Source: Octopus bimaculoides (lineage: Eukaryota). Taken from it: a stretch of DNA of 64,000 nucleotides. Shown one piece after another: positions 10,182 to 22,129 of the stretch (the stretch's first letter is position 1; each line of letters opens with the position of its first letter). The notes below the pieces were generated by a model. That model saw nothing but the letters and a program-made list of their open reading frames with translations, was not told the DNA's origin and made no database searches. Both the position numbers and the translations under genes were made by a program. The DNA lies in NCBI RefSeq assembly GCF_001194135.2, contig NC_068989.1:75278064-75342063 (forward strand), in the 5' to 3' direction.

Positions 10182-12310
10182 CTTGTAAACAGAAGGAAAT
10201 AAAAGAGAAGTTGATGGTTTAAGAATTTCATCATCTTTAATATTTTATATTTACAATGGCTTGTAGCAAGTTGTTTNNNNNNNNNNNNNNNNNNNNNNNN
10301 NNNNNNNNNNNNNNNNNNNNNNNNNNNNNNNNNNNNNNNNNNNNNNNNNNNNNNNNNNNNNNNNNNNNNNNNNNNNNNNNNNNNNNNNNNNNNNNNNNNN
10401 NNNNNNNNNNNNNNNNNNNNNNNNNNNNNNNNNNNNNNNNNNNNNNNNNNNNNNNNNNNNNNNNNNNNNNNNNNNNNNNNNNNNNNNNNNNNNNNNNNNN
10501 NNNNNNNNNNNNNNNNNNNNNNNNNNNNNNNNNNNNNNNNNNNNNNNNNNNNNNNNNNNNNNNNNNNNNNNNNNNNNNNNNNNNNNNNNNNNNNNNNNNN
10601 NNNNNNNNNNNNNNNNNNNNNNNNNNNNNNNNNNNNNNNNNNNNNNNNNNNNNNNNNNNNNNNNNNNNNNNNNNNNNNNNNNNNNNNNNNNNNNNNNNNN
10701 NNNNNNNNNNNNNNNNNNNNNNNNNNNNNNNNNNNNNNNNNNNNNNNNNNNNNNNNNNNNNNNNNNNNNNNNNNNNNNNNNNNNNNNNNNNNNNNNNNNN
10801 NNNNNNNNNNNNNNNNNNNNNNNNNNNNNNNNNNNNNNNNNNNNNNNNNNNNNNNNNNNNNNNNNNNNNNNNNNNNNNNNNNNNNNNNNNNNNNNNNNNN
10901 NNNNNNNNNNNNNNNNNNNNNNNNNNNNNNNNNNNNNNNNNNNNNNNNNNNNNNNNNNNNCACCACCACCATTTAGTGTCTGCTTCACAGGTTGGCATTG
11001 ACACATTTTCTGTGTCCTTATGTTTACAAGGGGGGAGAGTTTACAAGGAGGGACAGGAAGCAGTGCAGCTTCCTAGGTCTAACCAACAGTAGTGTTATTC
11101 CCTTCAGGGGACTGTCACATTAAGTTGACAGCATACAACTACTTCACAGTGAAATAACTTTGTCATTTTTAAGCTATTGTTTGGAACATAAATTGATTTG
11201 AAATTTTGGCCCAAGGCCAGTAATTTTGAAGAAGCAGGTAAGCCAATTACATCAACCCCCATGCTTATTTTATTGACCCCCAGAAGGGATGAAAGGCAAA
11301 GTTGACTTTAGTGGAATTTGAATTCAGAATGTGAAGATGGATGAAATACTGCTAAGTATTTTGCATGGCATGCTAATGATTCTGCTAGCTCACCGCTTCA
11401 CCTGGAACATAAATTAATATGAAACTTTAATATAAAAGTTTGATGATAGGAGAACTCCATCAGTTACGATGACAAGGGTACCAGCTGATACGATTGACAG
11501 AACAGCTTGATCATGAAATTAACGTGCAAGTGACTGAGCACTGCACAGACACATAAACACTTAACGTAGTTCTCAGGGAGATTCAGCATGGCACAGAGTG
11601 TAACAAGGCTGGCCCTTTGAAATACAGGTACTACTCATTTTTGCCTGCTGAGTAGACTGGAGCAACATGAAATAAAGTGTCTTGCTCAAGGACACAACGC
11701 GTCACTGGGAATTGAACTTATGACCTTATGATTGTGAGCTGAATACTCTAACCACTAAGCTACGCACTTTTACAAAGTTTGATACAGCTTACCTTAAATC
11801 AAGAAGTCTGTAGTATAAAACCAAGGGGTGCCTTAAGTGGTTTAGTATCAAAAGGGTTAAAGACTAATCCACTTCAGTGTGCCTTGTCTATATTGTAGAA
11901 GTATTTCAATCAACTGATATCTCTTGTTTGTTTTTCAACAGTTGGCTTTAAAGATAAGATACCGTCATAACTACATTTGTCATTATTTTTTTATCATTCA
12001 CTTGCTTCAGTCATTGGACTGCAGCCATACTGGGGCAACACCTTCAAGGGTTTTTTTTTCTTCAGTCAAACAGATCGACCCTGGTACTCACTGTCTATTA
12101 AACCTGGTGCTTATTCGTTTGGTTGCTTTTACTGAACTGCTAAGATACGAGGACAACTTGTTTCCCAACCACATGGTTGGGAAAAAAAAAGTGTGGGAAA
12201 AAGTGTGTATCAGTATATAGTGTATGTGATTATTTAGTGGTTATTGAAGTGTGTCAGTCTTGAGCAGGATTCGAAATGGTTAATCGAAGCAGCTGTTGTT
12301 TACATCTCAG

Positions 12311-12376
12311 CTTTTACAATCAAAATAACCCATGGCACCAAAACATCCAGACATTATTTGCATAGAACAGTGAGAG
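12311..12376 (+). CDS. Candidate symmetric phase-1 exon, 66 nt (xFTIKITHGTKTSRHYLHRTVR)
   Basis: Acceptor gttgtttacatctcag|, consensus donor GAG|GTAAGT, one open frame. Confidence 0.3.
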
Positions 12377-12402
12377 GTAAGTCTTAGTTTGATTTTTACA
12401 AC

Positions 12403-12606
12403 CCTAAAGATTCCGTTTGCTCATTCACAGCAAACAAGGCACAGAGCCAGACTTTAGATCATGTAGGTTTATTTTTACTCACTCTGATGTTTACACACAG
12501 CAAGTTATACATCGCTATGAGTAGAGCAACAGACTCCAGTAATTTAAAAATTAGTGTCGACCAAACAGAAAATATTGTCTACAAAGTGGTTTTGCGATCA
12601 TATTGA
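12403..12606 (+). mobile_element. Helitron RepHel helicase C-terminal remnant
   Basis: Translates TANKAQSQTLDHVGLFLLTLMFTHSKLYIAMSRATDSSNLKI...TENIVYKVVL*, matching the PIF1-type TINKSQGQTL..VGL.L..PVF.HGQLYVA.SR...T.NIVY.EVL terminus. Confidence 0.85.
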
Positions 12607-14334
12607 TATTATCGAAAAGAATATGGTTCATAATTTAAATACGGAAATTTGTTAACTTTCATCATCATCATCATCGTTTAACGTCCGCTTTCCATGCTAG
12701 CATGGGTTGGATGATTTGACTGAGGACTGGTGGAACCCGAAGGCTACACCAGGCTCCAATCTGATTTGGCAGAGTTTCTACAGCTGGATGCCCTTCCTAA
12801 CGCCAACCACTCTGAGAGTGTAGTAGGTGCTTTTACGTGTCACCGGCACGAAGGCCAGTCAGGTGATACTGGCAACGGCCACGCTCAAAATGGTGTATTT
12901 TATGTGCCACCAGCACAAGAGCCAGTCCAGGAGCACTGGCAACGATCTCGCTCGAAAGTCCTTACACNNNNNNNNNNNNNNNNNNNNNNNNNNNNNNNNN
13001 NNNNNNNNNNNNNNNNNNNNNNNNNNNNNNNNNNNNNNNNNNNNNNNNNNNNNNNNNNNNNNNNNNNNNNNNNNNNNNNNNNNNNNNNNNNNNNNNNNNN
13101 NNNNNNNNNNNNNNNNNNNNNNNNNNNNNNNNNNNNNNNNNNNNNNNNNNNNNNNNNNNNNNNNNNNNNNNNNNNNNNNNNNNNNNNNNNNNNNNNNNNN
13201 NNNNNNNNNNNNNNNNNNNNNNNNNNNNNNNNNNNNNNNNNNNNNNNNNNNNNNNNNNNNNNNNNNNNNNNNNNNNNNNNNNNNNNNNNNNNNNNNNNNN
13301 NNNNNNNNNNNNNNNNNNNNNNNNNNNNNNNNNNNNNNNNNNNNNNNNNNNNNNNNNNNNNNNNNNNNNNNNNNNNNNNNNNNNNNNNNNNNNNNNNNNN
13401 NNNNNNNNNNNNNNNNNNNNNNNNNNNNNNNNNNNNNNNNNNNNNNNNNNNNNNNNNNNNNNNNNNNNNNNNNNNNNNNNNNNNNNNNNNNNNNNNNNNN
13501 NNNNNNNNNNNNNNNNNNNNNNNNNNNNNNNNNNNNNNNNNNNNNNNNNNNNNNNNNNNNNNNNNNNNNNNNNNNNNNNNNNNNNNNNNNNNNNNNNNNN
13601 NNNNNNNNNNNNNNNNNNNNNNNNNNNNNNNNNNNNNNNNNNNNNNNNNNNNNNNNNNNNNNNNNNNNNNNNNNNNNNNNNNNNNNNNNNNNNNNNNNNN
13701 NNNNNNNNNNNNNNNNNNNNNNNNNNNNNNNNNNNNNNNNNNNNNNNNNNNNNNNNNNNNNNNNNNNNNNNNNNNNNNNNNNNNNNNNNNNNNNNNNNNN
13801 NNNNNNNNNNNNNNNNNNNNNNNNNNNNNNNNNNNNNNNNNNNNNNNNNNNNNNNNNNNNNCACACACACACACACACACACACACAACACACAACACAC
13901 ACACACTCACTCATATACATACTTACATACACAGACACACACACACACACACACACACTCATATATACATACTTACATACGCAGACAAACACACACACAC
14001 ACACACACACACATACATACATGCACACATATATATGCAGTTTATATAGACTTTGTAATCCAGATTAAGAAACATTAATTGATAGCTTCAACTAAGTGAA
14101 TCAAGGATTTTTTTTTTTTCACAAAAAAAGATTAGTTATCAAGGATTAAACACTATATACATCGTAATTGTTGACTTTTGTTTTAATTTATAATCAAAGC
14201 CTTTGTTACTGAATTGTGTACTTTTAATTTATGTGTGTTTATGAGGTAATTTAACCATAATATGCAGTCCATTGACTGTAAAAAATGTAAAGAAAAGAAA
14301 AGAGATAAGGGATGCAAGTTTTGGTACCATGCAA

Positions 14335-14509
14335 GGCGCAGGAGTGGCTGTGTGGTAAGCAGCTTGCTTACCAACCACATGGTTCCGGGTTCAGTCCCAC
14401 TGCGTGGCACCTCGGGCAAGTGTCTTCTACAATAGCCTTGGGCCAACCAAAGCCTTGTGAGTGGATTTGGTAGACAGAAACTGAAAGAAGCCCGTCGTAT
14501 ATATGTATG

Positions 14510-14544
<35 letters not shown>

Positions 14545-14770
14545 ATATATGTTTGTGTGTCTGTGTTTGTCCCCACCCCCCAATATCGCTTGACAACTGA
14601 TGGTGGTGTGTTTACATCTCCGTAATCTAGCGGTTCGGCAAAAGAGACCGATAGAATAAGTACTTGGCTTACAAAGAATAAGTTGTGGGGTCAATTTGTT
14701 CGACTAAAGGCGGTGCTCCAGCATGGCTGCAGTCAAATGACTGAAATGAGTAAAAGAGTAAAAGAGTAAA
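14335..14770 (+). mobile_element. SINE family A, full length
   Basis: Head, internal (TA)n/(TG)n, 3' body and gagtaaaa-repeat tail. Confidence 0.9.
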
Positions 14771-14913
14771 GAGAGAGACAGGACATTTCTGCAAAAGTGT
14801 AGACAATTCATCATCATCATCATTGTTTAATGTCCATCTTCCATGCATGCATAGGTAGGACAGTTGACAGGAGCCGGCCAGGTAGAAAAATTACCCTAGG
14901 CTTCTGTGTCTGT

Positions 14914-15367
14914 CAGTGCTGGATTAACCATTATGCACAATAATCACGTGCTTAGGGCATCAAGGGAAGGCGGGGTCACCAGAGAAATGGTAAATGGTTT
15001 ACAGCACAAAAAAAATCACTTTGAACTTGCTCAAATAAATATCCACAATGCCTTATCTCTGCTAAGTGTAGAAGCAGAAATTTTACGTAAAATTAATTTT
15101 AATGACATCATTGAAGACTTTGCCATTAAAAAAAAAAATGAAGGTAATTTTGCAAATATAAATAAAGTGGAAGCATACAAAAATAAACATTTGTTTCTAT
15201 CTTAGTGTGAATTTTGTTTTGATTTGAAAAATAAAGATTTACTTTATGGTTTATTATTGTTTATATTTTGAATTATTTTTGTTTACATTTTGAACCATTT
15301 ACATATACTTGAAGGTACCAATACCTTCTAAGTGCTTAGGGCCTCTAAGGGTCTTAATCCAGCCCTG
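14914..15367 (+). mobile_element. Non-autonomous hAT element with transposase C-terminal remnant
   Basis: TIRs CAGTGCTGGATTAA / TTAATCCAGCCCTG, perfect 8-bp TSD GTGTCTGT (14906-14913 and 15368-15375). Internal LSLLSVEAEILRKINFNDIIEDFAIKK resembles the hAT C-terminus. Inserted into a family D-like repeat. Confidence 0.9.
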
Positions 15368-16014
15368 GTGTCTGTTCTAGGAAGGATTTTATGGCTGGAT
15401 GCCCTTCCTAACAACAACCACACTGCAGAGTAGACTCAGTGCTTTTTACGTGACACTAGCACAGGTGAGGTTAGTTTTGGCATGATTTTTACAGCTGGAT
15501 GCTCTTCCAAATGCCAACCATGTTACAGTGTGGACTGGATGCTTTTAGCATGGCACCAGCATTGGCAGGGTAACCAAATAACTTGCAACACAAGGAATTA
15601 TGAGAGAGGCAGGGGCATTTGAGGAGGGGAACTTATGACAGAGGATGAAAGGTATGTGTGTGTGTGTGTGTGTGGATCAAAGCAGTTTGATTCAAATTCG
15701 TTGGTACTCAAGAATGCCAATGAATTTGAATTTAGCATTGTAATATCAAAGTATGTAAAAAGAGAGAAAATAGACAGCTTCTGACAATGTGGGAAGTTTT
15801 ATAAAATCTTTATACTTCAAGTCAAATTTCCGTTGAATGTGGACTATCTCCTGTCCCTTAAAAGAATATAGCTCCAAAGTTGAGGACAACCTATAGCTGA
15901 GTCTAGGGATTTTTCATGCTGAGTTTGAACATGATTCGTTAACTAGTTTTTTAGTGCATTGGTAACAAACAGACAAACAAACATTGTCAGAAGATATCTA
16001 GTTTCTCTCTTTTT

Positions 16015-16045
<31 letters not shown>

Positions 16046-16382
16046 CACACATATAGAGACATATATATGTGTGCATATATATGTATGTATACGTATGTAT
16101 ATATGTGTGTGTGTGTATCTATCTATCTATCTATCTATCTATATCTATTTATATATATATATATATANNNNNNNNNNNNNNNNNNNNNNNNNNNNNNNNN
16201 NNNNNNNNNNNNNNNNNNNNNNNNNNNNNNNNNNNNNNNNNNNNNNNNNNNNNNNNNNNNNNNNNNNNNNNNNNNNNNNNNNNNNNNNNNNNNNNNNNNN
16301 NNNNNNNNNNNNNNNNNNNNNNNNNNNNNNNNNNNNNNNNNNNNNNNNNNNNNNNNNNNNNNNNNNNNNNNNNNNNNNNNNN

Positions 16383-16591
16383 GAGAGAAAATAAAGAATG
16401 TGTAGTGGCTAGCGAAAGGCATCACTTTGCAAGAGTTCCAGCACTGCTTCAAATAGTTGAAAACGTGTCTGGACCAATACATTGCTTCAAATGGAGAATA
16501 CTTTGAAGGCGATAAAATTTGTAAAATGTAAAATTAAGTGAATAAAATAATATTGCAAAATTCTGGTTTCTTTTGGGTACCCCCCCCCATG
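16383..16591 (+). mobile_element. Mariner transposon 3' end
   Basis: Translates ...FQHCFK*LKTCLDQYIASNGEYFEGDK, the typical mariner C-terminus, followed by a TIR-like end and TA. Confidence 0.75.
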
Positions 16592-16629
16592 TATATGTAT
16601 ATTTATATATATATATATATATATATATA

Positions 16630-16961
16630 GTGAAAACACATAGCTCAGTGGTTAGTGTGTTGAGCTCACTGTCATGAGGTAATAAGTTTGATTCCCAAAC
16701 TGGGCTATGTGTTGTGTTCTTGAGCAAGAGACTTTATTTCATGTTGCTCCAGTTCACTCAGTTGTAGAAATGAGTTGCAACTTCACTGGTGCCAAGCTGT
16801 ATTCGCCTTTGCGCTTCCCTTGGATAACATCAGTGATGTGGAGAGCGGAGGCTGGTATGTTGGTCTTCCATAAACAACCTTGTCTGGACTTGTGCCTGGG
16901 AGGGTAACTTTCTAGCTGCAATCCCATGGTCATTCATGACTGAAGGGGGTCTTTACCCATT
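16630..16961 (+). mobile_element. SINE family G (CORE-domain-like)
   Basis: tgtgttcttgagcaagagactttatttcatgttgctccagttcactcagttgtagaaatgagt resembles the CORE domain. Variants at about 11455-11770 (-), 19658-19915 (+), 31380-31565 (-), 34570-35095 (+), 36230-36390 (-), 40100-40355 (-) and 58090-58320 (-). Confidence 0.75.
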
Positions 16962-17909
16962 TCATCATCATCATCATCATCATCGTTTAATGTCCGCTTT
17001 CCATGCTGGCATGGGTTGGACGGTTTGACTGAGGACTGGTGAGCCAGAAGGCTGCACCAGGCTCAATCTGATCTAGCAAAGTTTCTGCAGCTGGAGGCCC
17101 TTCCTAACACCAACCACTCCGAGAGTGTAGTGGGTGCTTTTACGTGACACCGGTACAAGGGCCAGTCAGGCAGGATATATAAATATATAAATATATACAT
17201 ATATCTAAGTATGTATCTGTAATACGATATATATTCATAGGGCACATGATGATCAAATGCGTGTAATTCACTCAAACCACATAGAATCAGGAAATATTAA
17301 AATTCTTCAAGAATTGTCACCAATGTTGAAATTTGCAGACTGGTTTAACACAACATTAATTCATTCAAAAAAAGACAAATACAGGGGAATGTTTGACAAA
17401 AAAATAATCAATTTTTTAAAAAAGGGATAAAAATAATTGTTTAATTGCTGATGTCTTATTTTATTTTTGTAATTGACGAGTTCTGTGTTTTGTTGATTTA
17501 TTTTTTTTTGATCTCAATCCTTTTTCAATGGAATAATTAGCAATATGCTGTATATAATCTTATTAGGGAAGGACCTCACTGGGGATTATCCCTACTGAAC
17601 CACTTATTGAGGATTATGTGTTATAGCATATGTAGTTTAGATTAACTCCCCTTAATCCCATTTGCTATTTTCATTGTTGTTGAGATTGTTGAGAGGTCTT
17701 AATACATTACAGCATTTAACTTTGTCATTATTGGCTCAAAGTTCAAGGTTCAAAGTTCAAAATTTTTCTGAGGTCAACATAGCCTTTTATCCTTTTGTTG
17801 TCTGATGAAATCAATGCTGGCAATGGATTCAAACAATAACTAGACCCCTTTTGTGAAGAAATTTTGATTATAATCATCATAAGCATCATCTCTGTTGTTG
17901 TTATGATGA

Positions 17910-17997
17910 CTTAAACACTCCAACATCGGTTGTCAAGTGGCGGTGAGGGACAAATACATACACAAAGGCACACACACAAGTATATGCATACACATAT

Positions 17998-18078
<81 letters not shown>

Positions 18079-18770
18079 AGCACACATGCACACGTATGTA
18101 CATACATGCATACACATACATACATACATACATACATACTTATGCTGAACTATTGAGGAATTTACAGTTACTTTAGCCAGATTACAAATTCAGGTTTATA
18201 CCTGTAATTATTGGGGCACTAGGATATGTAACACACTGCCTAAATACCAGTCTTGAGAAATTAGGCTTCTCAAAATCAGAAAGGAGAAAGCTGATGTGAA
18301 GACTACAGATCCAAACCATCACTGGAACTGTAAAAATCTGTAAAACTTTCCAGAAGTTTTATCATTTAAATATACACGAGCATGTCTAGACATACAACTA
18401 TATGCATGAGAATACATATATAAAGCAAAACATACAAATCTGCACATATACATACATACATACATACATACATACATACATACTAAAATACCCTGCTGAT
18501 GTTGTTGAAATTCTAATGAAGGAGCCTTGGGTCTAGGTTAGAAACTGGCTCCTTCTCTTTTGGTAAGAAATCTTGAAATAAAACTGAATACTGACATACA
18601 TATAAAATAGGCTTCTTTCAGCTTCCGCCTACCAAATCCACTCATAAGGCTTTGGTTGGCCTGGGGCTATAGTAGATGACACTTGCTGAAAGTGCTGTGT
18701 AATAGGACTGAACCTGGAACCATGTGGTTGGAAAAAAAGCTTCTTACCATACAGCCATGCGTGTGCCTGT
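17910..18770 (-). mobile_element. SINE family A split at its microsatellite by the R4/Dong-like insertion
   Basis: 3' body at about 17910-17970, expanded (CA)n/(CATA)n, and 5' half resuming at about 18600-18770. Confidence 0.75.
18141..18594 (+). mobile_element. 5'-truncated R4/Dong-like (restriction-like endonuclease) non-LTR retrotransposon 3' end
   Basis: YAELLRNLQLL*PDYKFRFIPVIIGALGYV...LEKLGF...LQIQTITGTVKICKTF matches the Y..L..E.......PV(I/V)IGALG....L..LG....Q...L.GT..I C-terminus of R4-clade proteins. Flanked by (CATA)n. Confidence 0.75.
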
Positions 18771-18961
18771 TATCATTATTCAGAAATTAACTTATTATTA
18801 CTTTGCTAGTCAACAGGCGAGGGTTGGCAACAGGAAGAACATCTGGCCATAGAAAATCTACCTTGACAAATTCCATCCGATCCATGTGAGCATGGAAAGT
18901 GGATGTTAAAATGAGGATGATGATGAAGACCATTGCATTTTGAAACACAAATTCAGTTTTC

Positions 18962-19000
<39 letters not shown>

Positions 19001-19028
19001 NNNNNNNNNNAATTTTCAGAAAGACTTT

Positions 19029-19059
<31 letters not shown>

Positions 19060-19498
19060 TGAAACTATAAGGTGTTACTCAGGCACTCTCCACTATGGGT
19101 CCACTGCATCTTGTAGCAGAAACAGCTGTAAGCCATAGAAGTTCATATGATGATTGTTTATTCTTTTGTCATCTCATTTTCTTGCACACACACACACACA
19201 CACACACTAAGAAAGAACTGTTTAAATCTACATCAATATATAAAATATATGATATGGGGTATGCCAACTCTTAATTGAAACTATATTGCTCACTTCCACA
19301 GGAAGTGAAGTCAAAATTTTATTTATTCTTTCCATTTTTAGAACTATTCTTCCCTTTTGCTTCTTTCTTCCTTTCTCTTTCTTTCATTGTCTACATTTAC
19401 AAAACCCTGGACATTCTGGCTACCATTCTCAACAACTGGTGACATTCAGGCAGTTAGATTCGCAGACTCAGAGCATCAGAGAGAAAGCCTTGCAACAT

Positions 19499-20200
19499 TT
19501 AACCTTTTTGACACCAACCTGCCTCAGACCATCTTTTGGTTCCATGATAAATATTTCTTGTTTGTAAAGAGATTTAATTAGAAAACTTATCTCAAAATTT
19601 CATGTTAATTCATGGTCTAAACATCAGCTTTATAATCCTTTCTACTATAAGCACAAGTGGAGGCGTGTGGCTTAGTGGTTAGGGTGTCAGCATCATAATC
19701 GTAAGATTGTGGTTTCGATTCCTGGACTGGTAAACATGTTGTGTTCTTGAGCAAAACACTTCATTTTCACGTTGCTCCAGTCCACTCAGCTGGCAAAAAT
19801 GAGTAACGCTACGATGGACTGGCGTCCCGTCCAGCGGGGGAACACATACGCCATTGAAACCGGGAAACCAGGCCCATGAGCCTGGCTAGGTTTTGAAAAG
19901 GGTGCATTTATTTATTATAGGCACAAGGCCTGAAATTTAAGGGGTGATGGTTAGTCGATTACTTCGACCCAGTACTTGACTGGTATTTAATTTATCGACC
20001 CCGAAAAGATGAAAGGCAAAGTCGACCTCAGTGAAATTTGAACTCAGAACGTAGGGGCAGATGAAATACTGCTAAGCATTTTGCCTGGTATGCTAATGAT
20101 TCTGCCAGCTCACTACCTTTAAACACCAGCTTAATAATGACAGTTTCTTTTCTAAAATGAATTATTATTTTCAAAATTAATTAAAACAAAGGTAGTATAT
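19499..20200. mobile_element. TTAA MITE family 1, split by two nested SINEs
   Basis: Starts TTAACCTTTTTGACACCAACC and resumes at 20121 after an 18-bp TSD. Another family-1 3' half lies at about 20595-20717 and a short end at about 11800-11859. Confidence 0.75.
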
Positions 20201-21469
20201 ATTTTTTGTCTTTTATTTCTTACTTATTTCAGTGGCCATGCTGGGGCACTACTTTGAACAAATCTACTCCAGTATATATTTCTAAGTCTGGTTCTAAGAC
20301 ATTTAGGCAGAATTGCTAGTATACTGGGCAAAATGCTTAGCAGTATTTCATTCATCTTCATGTTCTCAATTCAAATTCTGCCCAAGTTGACTTTGCCTTT
20401 CATTCTTTTGAGGTCGATAAAATAAGTACCAGTTGAATACTAGGGTCAATGTAATCGACTTACCCCCTCCCCTGAAATTGCTGGCCTTGTGCCAAAATTT
20501 GAAATCATCATATCCTCGTCATCATCATCATCATTGTTATTATTATTATTATGGTAACCTGGGAGAATCATTTGGTTCTGCCTCCAGAGTACCAACTTAA
20601 TAATGAAAAAAATTAGCTACTTCTCTAAATTCTTCTCCAAGTTCTTGATTATCTTTAGAATTAATTGAAATACATTTGGTATGCATTTCCTAAGAAAAAT
20701 GGTGACCAACGAGTTAACTGACCTGTGCCTATTATATATGACCTATTAATTATAACTTACAGTATGTTTTCTTCCTGATAAGACTATTGTTTAAGTTCAG
20801 AGAGGTCTTAGAAATTATACATTATTAACATTACTGTCTCAGCAGCTGATATCTTGAATCTTGAAATGATTCTTCTGTTTCCTGTTATTTACTTGTATTT
20901 CTTCTACAAAACAAAGGGGAGTGCCTCCCTTTTCATTGTCCGCATAAAATCTTGGTCATCAGACATGAATTTTCTAAATGTAAGAAATATGTTTTTTTTT
21001 TTTTTGCTTAGTGTCTCCTGTATAAAAAAAGTATCCCTATTTATTTTAGCTGATTAGTACCCCAATTTTTTTTTACCTAATTTATAACCAAAAATCTTCT
21101 TTTTATACAACTTTATCTGATACCAAATATATAAAAAAAATTTTATTACAATATTTGAAAGACATTCCAGTCTTGATGACTAACTAAAGATATCTCAGAA
21201 AAATACAGGTGTTGCAGAAATATGATGGATTATCCTTCTGGTCCTAAAAAAAGGACCATGGGCGCTAATGGGTTAATCAGTGTTTTTCAACCATTTTTTA
21301 CCTATAGACCCCTTTGATTCCTTGCTTTGTAACATGCAGTTTGGTGTTCAGTCCCACTGCATGGCATCTTGGGCAAGTGTCTTCTATTATAGCTCCAGGC
21401 CAACCAATGTCTTGCAAGTGAGTTTGGTAGACAGAAACCATATGGAAGCTCATCATGCATGCATAATTC

Positions 21470-21950
21470 ATCATCATCATCATCATCATCATTGTTTAAC
21501 GTCCGCTTTCCATGCTGGCATGGGTTGGACGATTTGACTGAGGACTGGCAAGCCAGATGGCTGCACCAGGCTCCAATCTGATCTGGTGGAGTTTCTACAG
21601 CTGGATGCCCTTCTTAACGCCAACCACTCCGAGAGTGTAGTGGGTGCTTTTACGTGCCACCGGCACGAGGGCCAGTCAGGCAGTACTGGCAACGGTCATG
21701 CTCAAGTGGTGTTTTTTACATGCCACCTGCTCAGGAGCCAGTCCAGTGGCACTGGCAACGACCTCGCTCAAATTTTTTTCCTGTCACCGGCACAAGTGCC
21801 AGTAAGGCGATGCTGGTAATGATCACTCACGAATCACATGCTTTTTATGTGCCACCGGCATGGAAGCCAGTCAGCTACTCTGGCAGTGATCATGCTCGGA
21901 TGGTGCTCTTAGCACTCCATTGGCACGAGTGCTAGTCATCGAATTTGCAA
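21470..21950 (-). mobile_element. Retroposon family D: tandem hairpin modules, GGCGTTAGGAAGGGCATCC motif, (GAT)n tail
   Basis: Other copies at about 3530-3960 (-), 12660-12967 (-), 16968-17175 (-), 32760-32870 (+), 59190-59400 (+), and a variant at 14805-15660 (-). Confidence 0.85.
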
Positions 21951-22075
21951 ATTTGATTTGATTTTGATTTTTGATTTCACCTGCCTCAACAGATCTTTGC
22001 AAAGTTTAGTGTCCAATGTTGGAAAGGTACATACATACATATATATGTGTACATATGTGTGTGTGTGTGTGTGTG

Positions 22076-22129
<54 letters not shown>

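Noticed and set aside
11789-11830. 15-nt minus-strand microexon with strong GTAAGC donor
   Set aside because: The acceptor region is part of a TTAA-MITE end (ttaacccttttgatact...), so the signal is probably incidental.
21650-21930. CRISPR-like repeat-spacer appearance of family D modules and the F tandem at 27.8-28.1 kb
   Set aside because: Units are wholly homologous with no unique spacers, there are no cas genes, and the context is eukaryotic.
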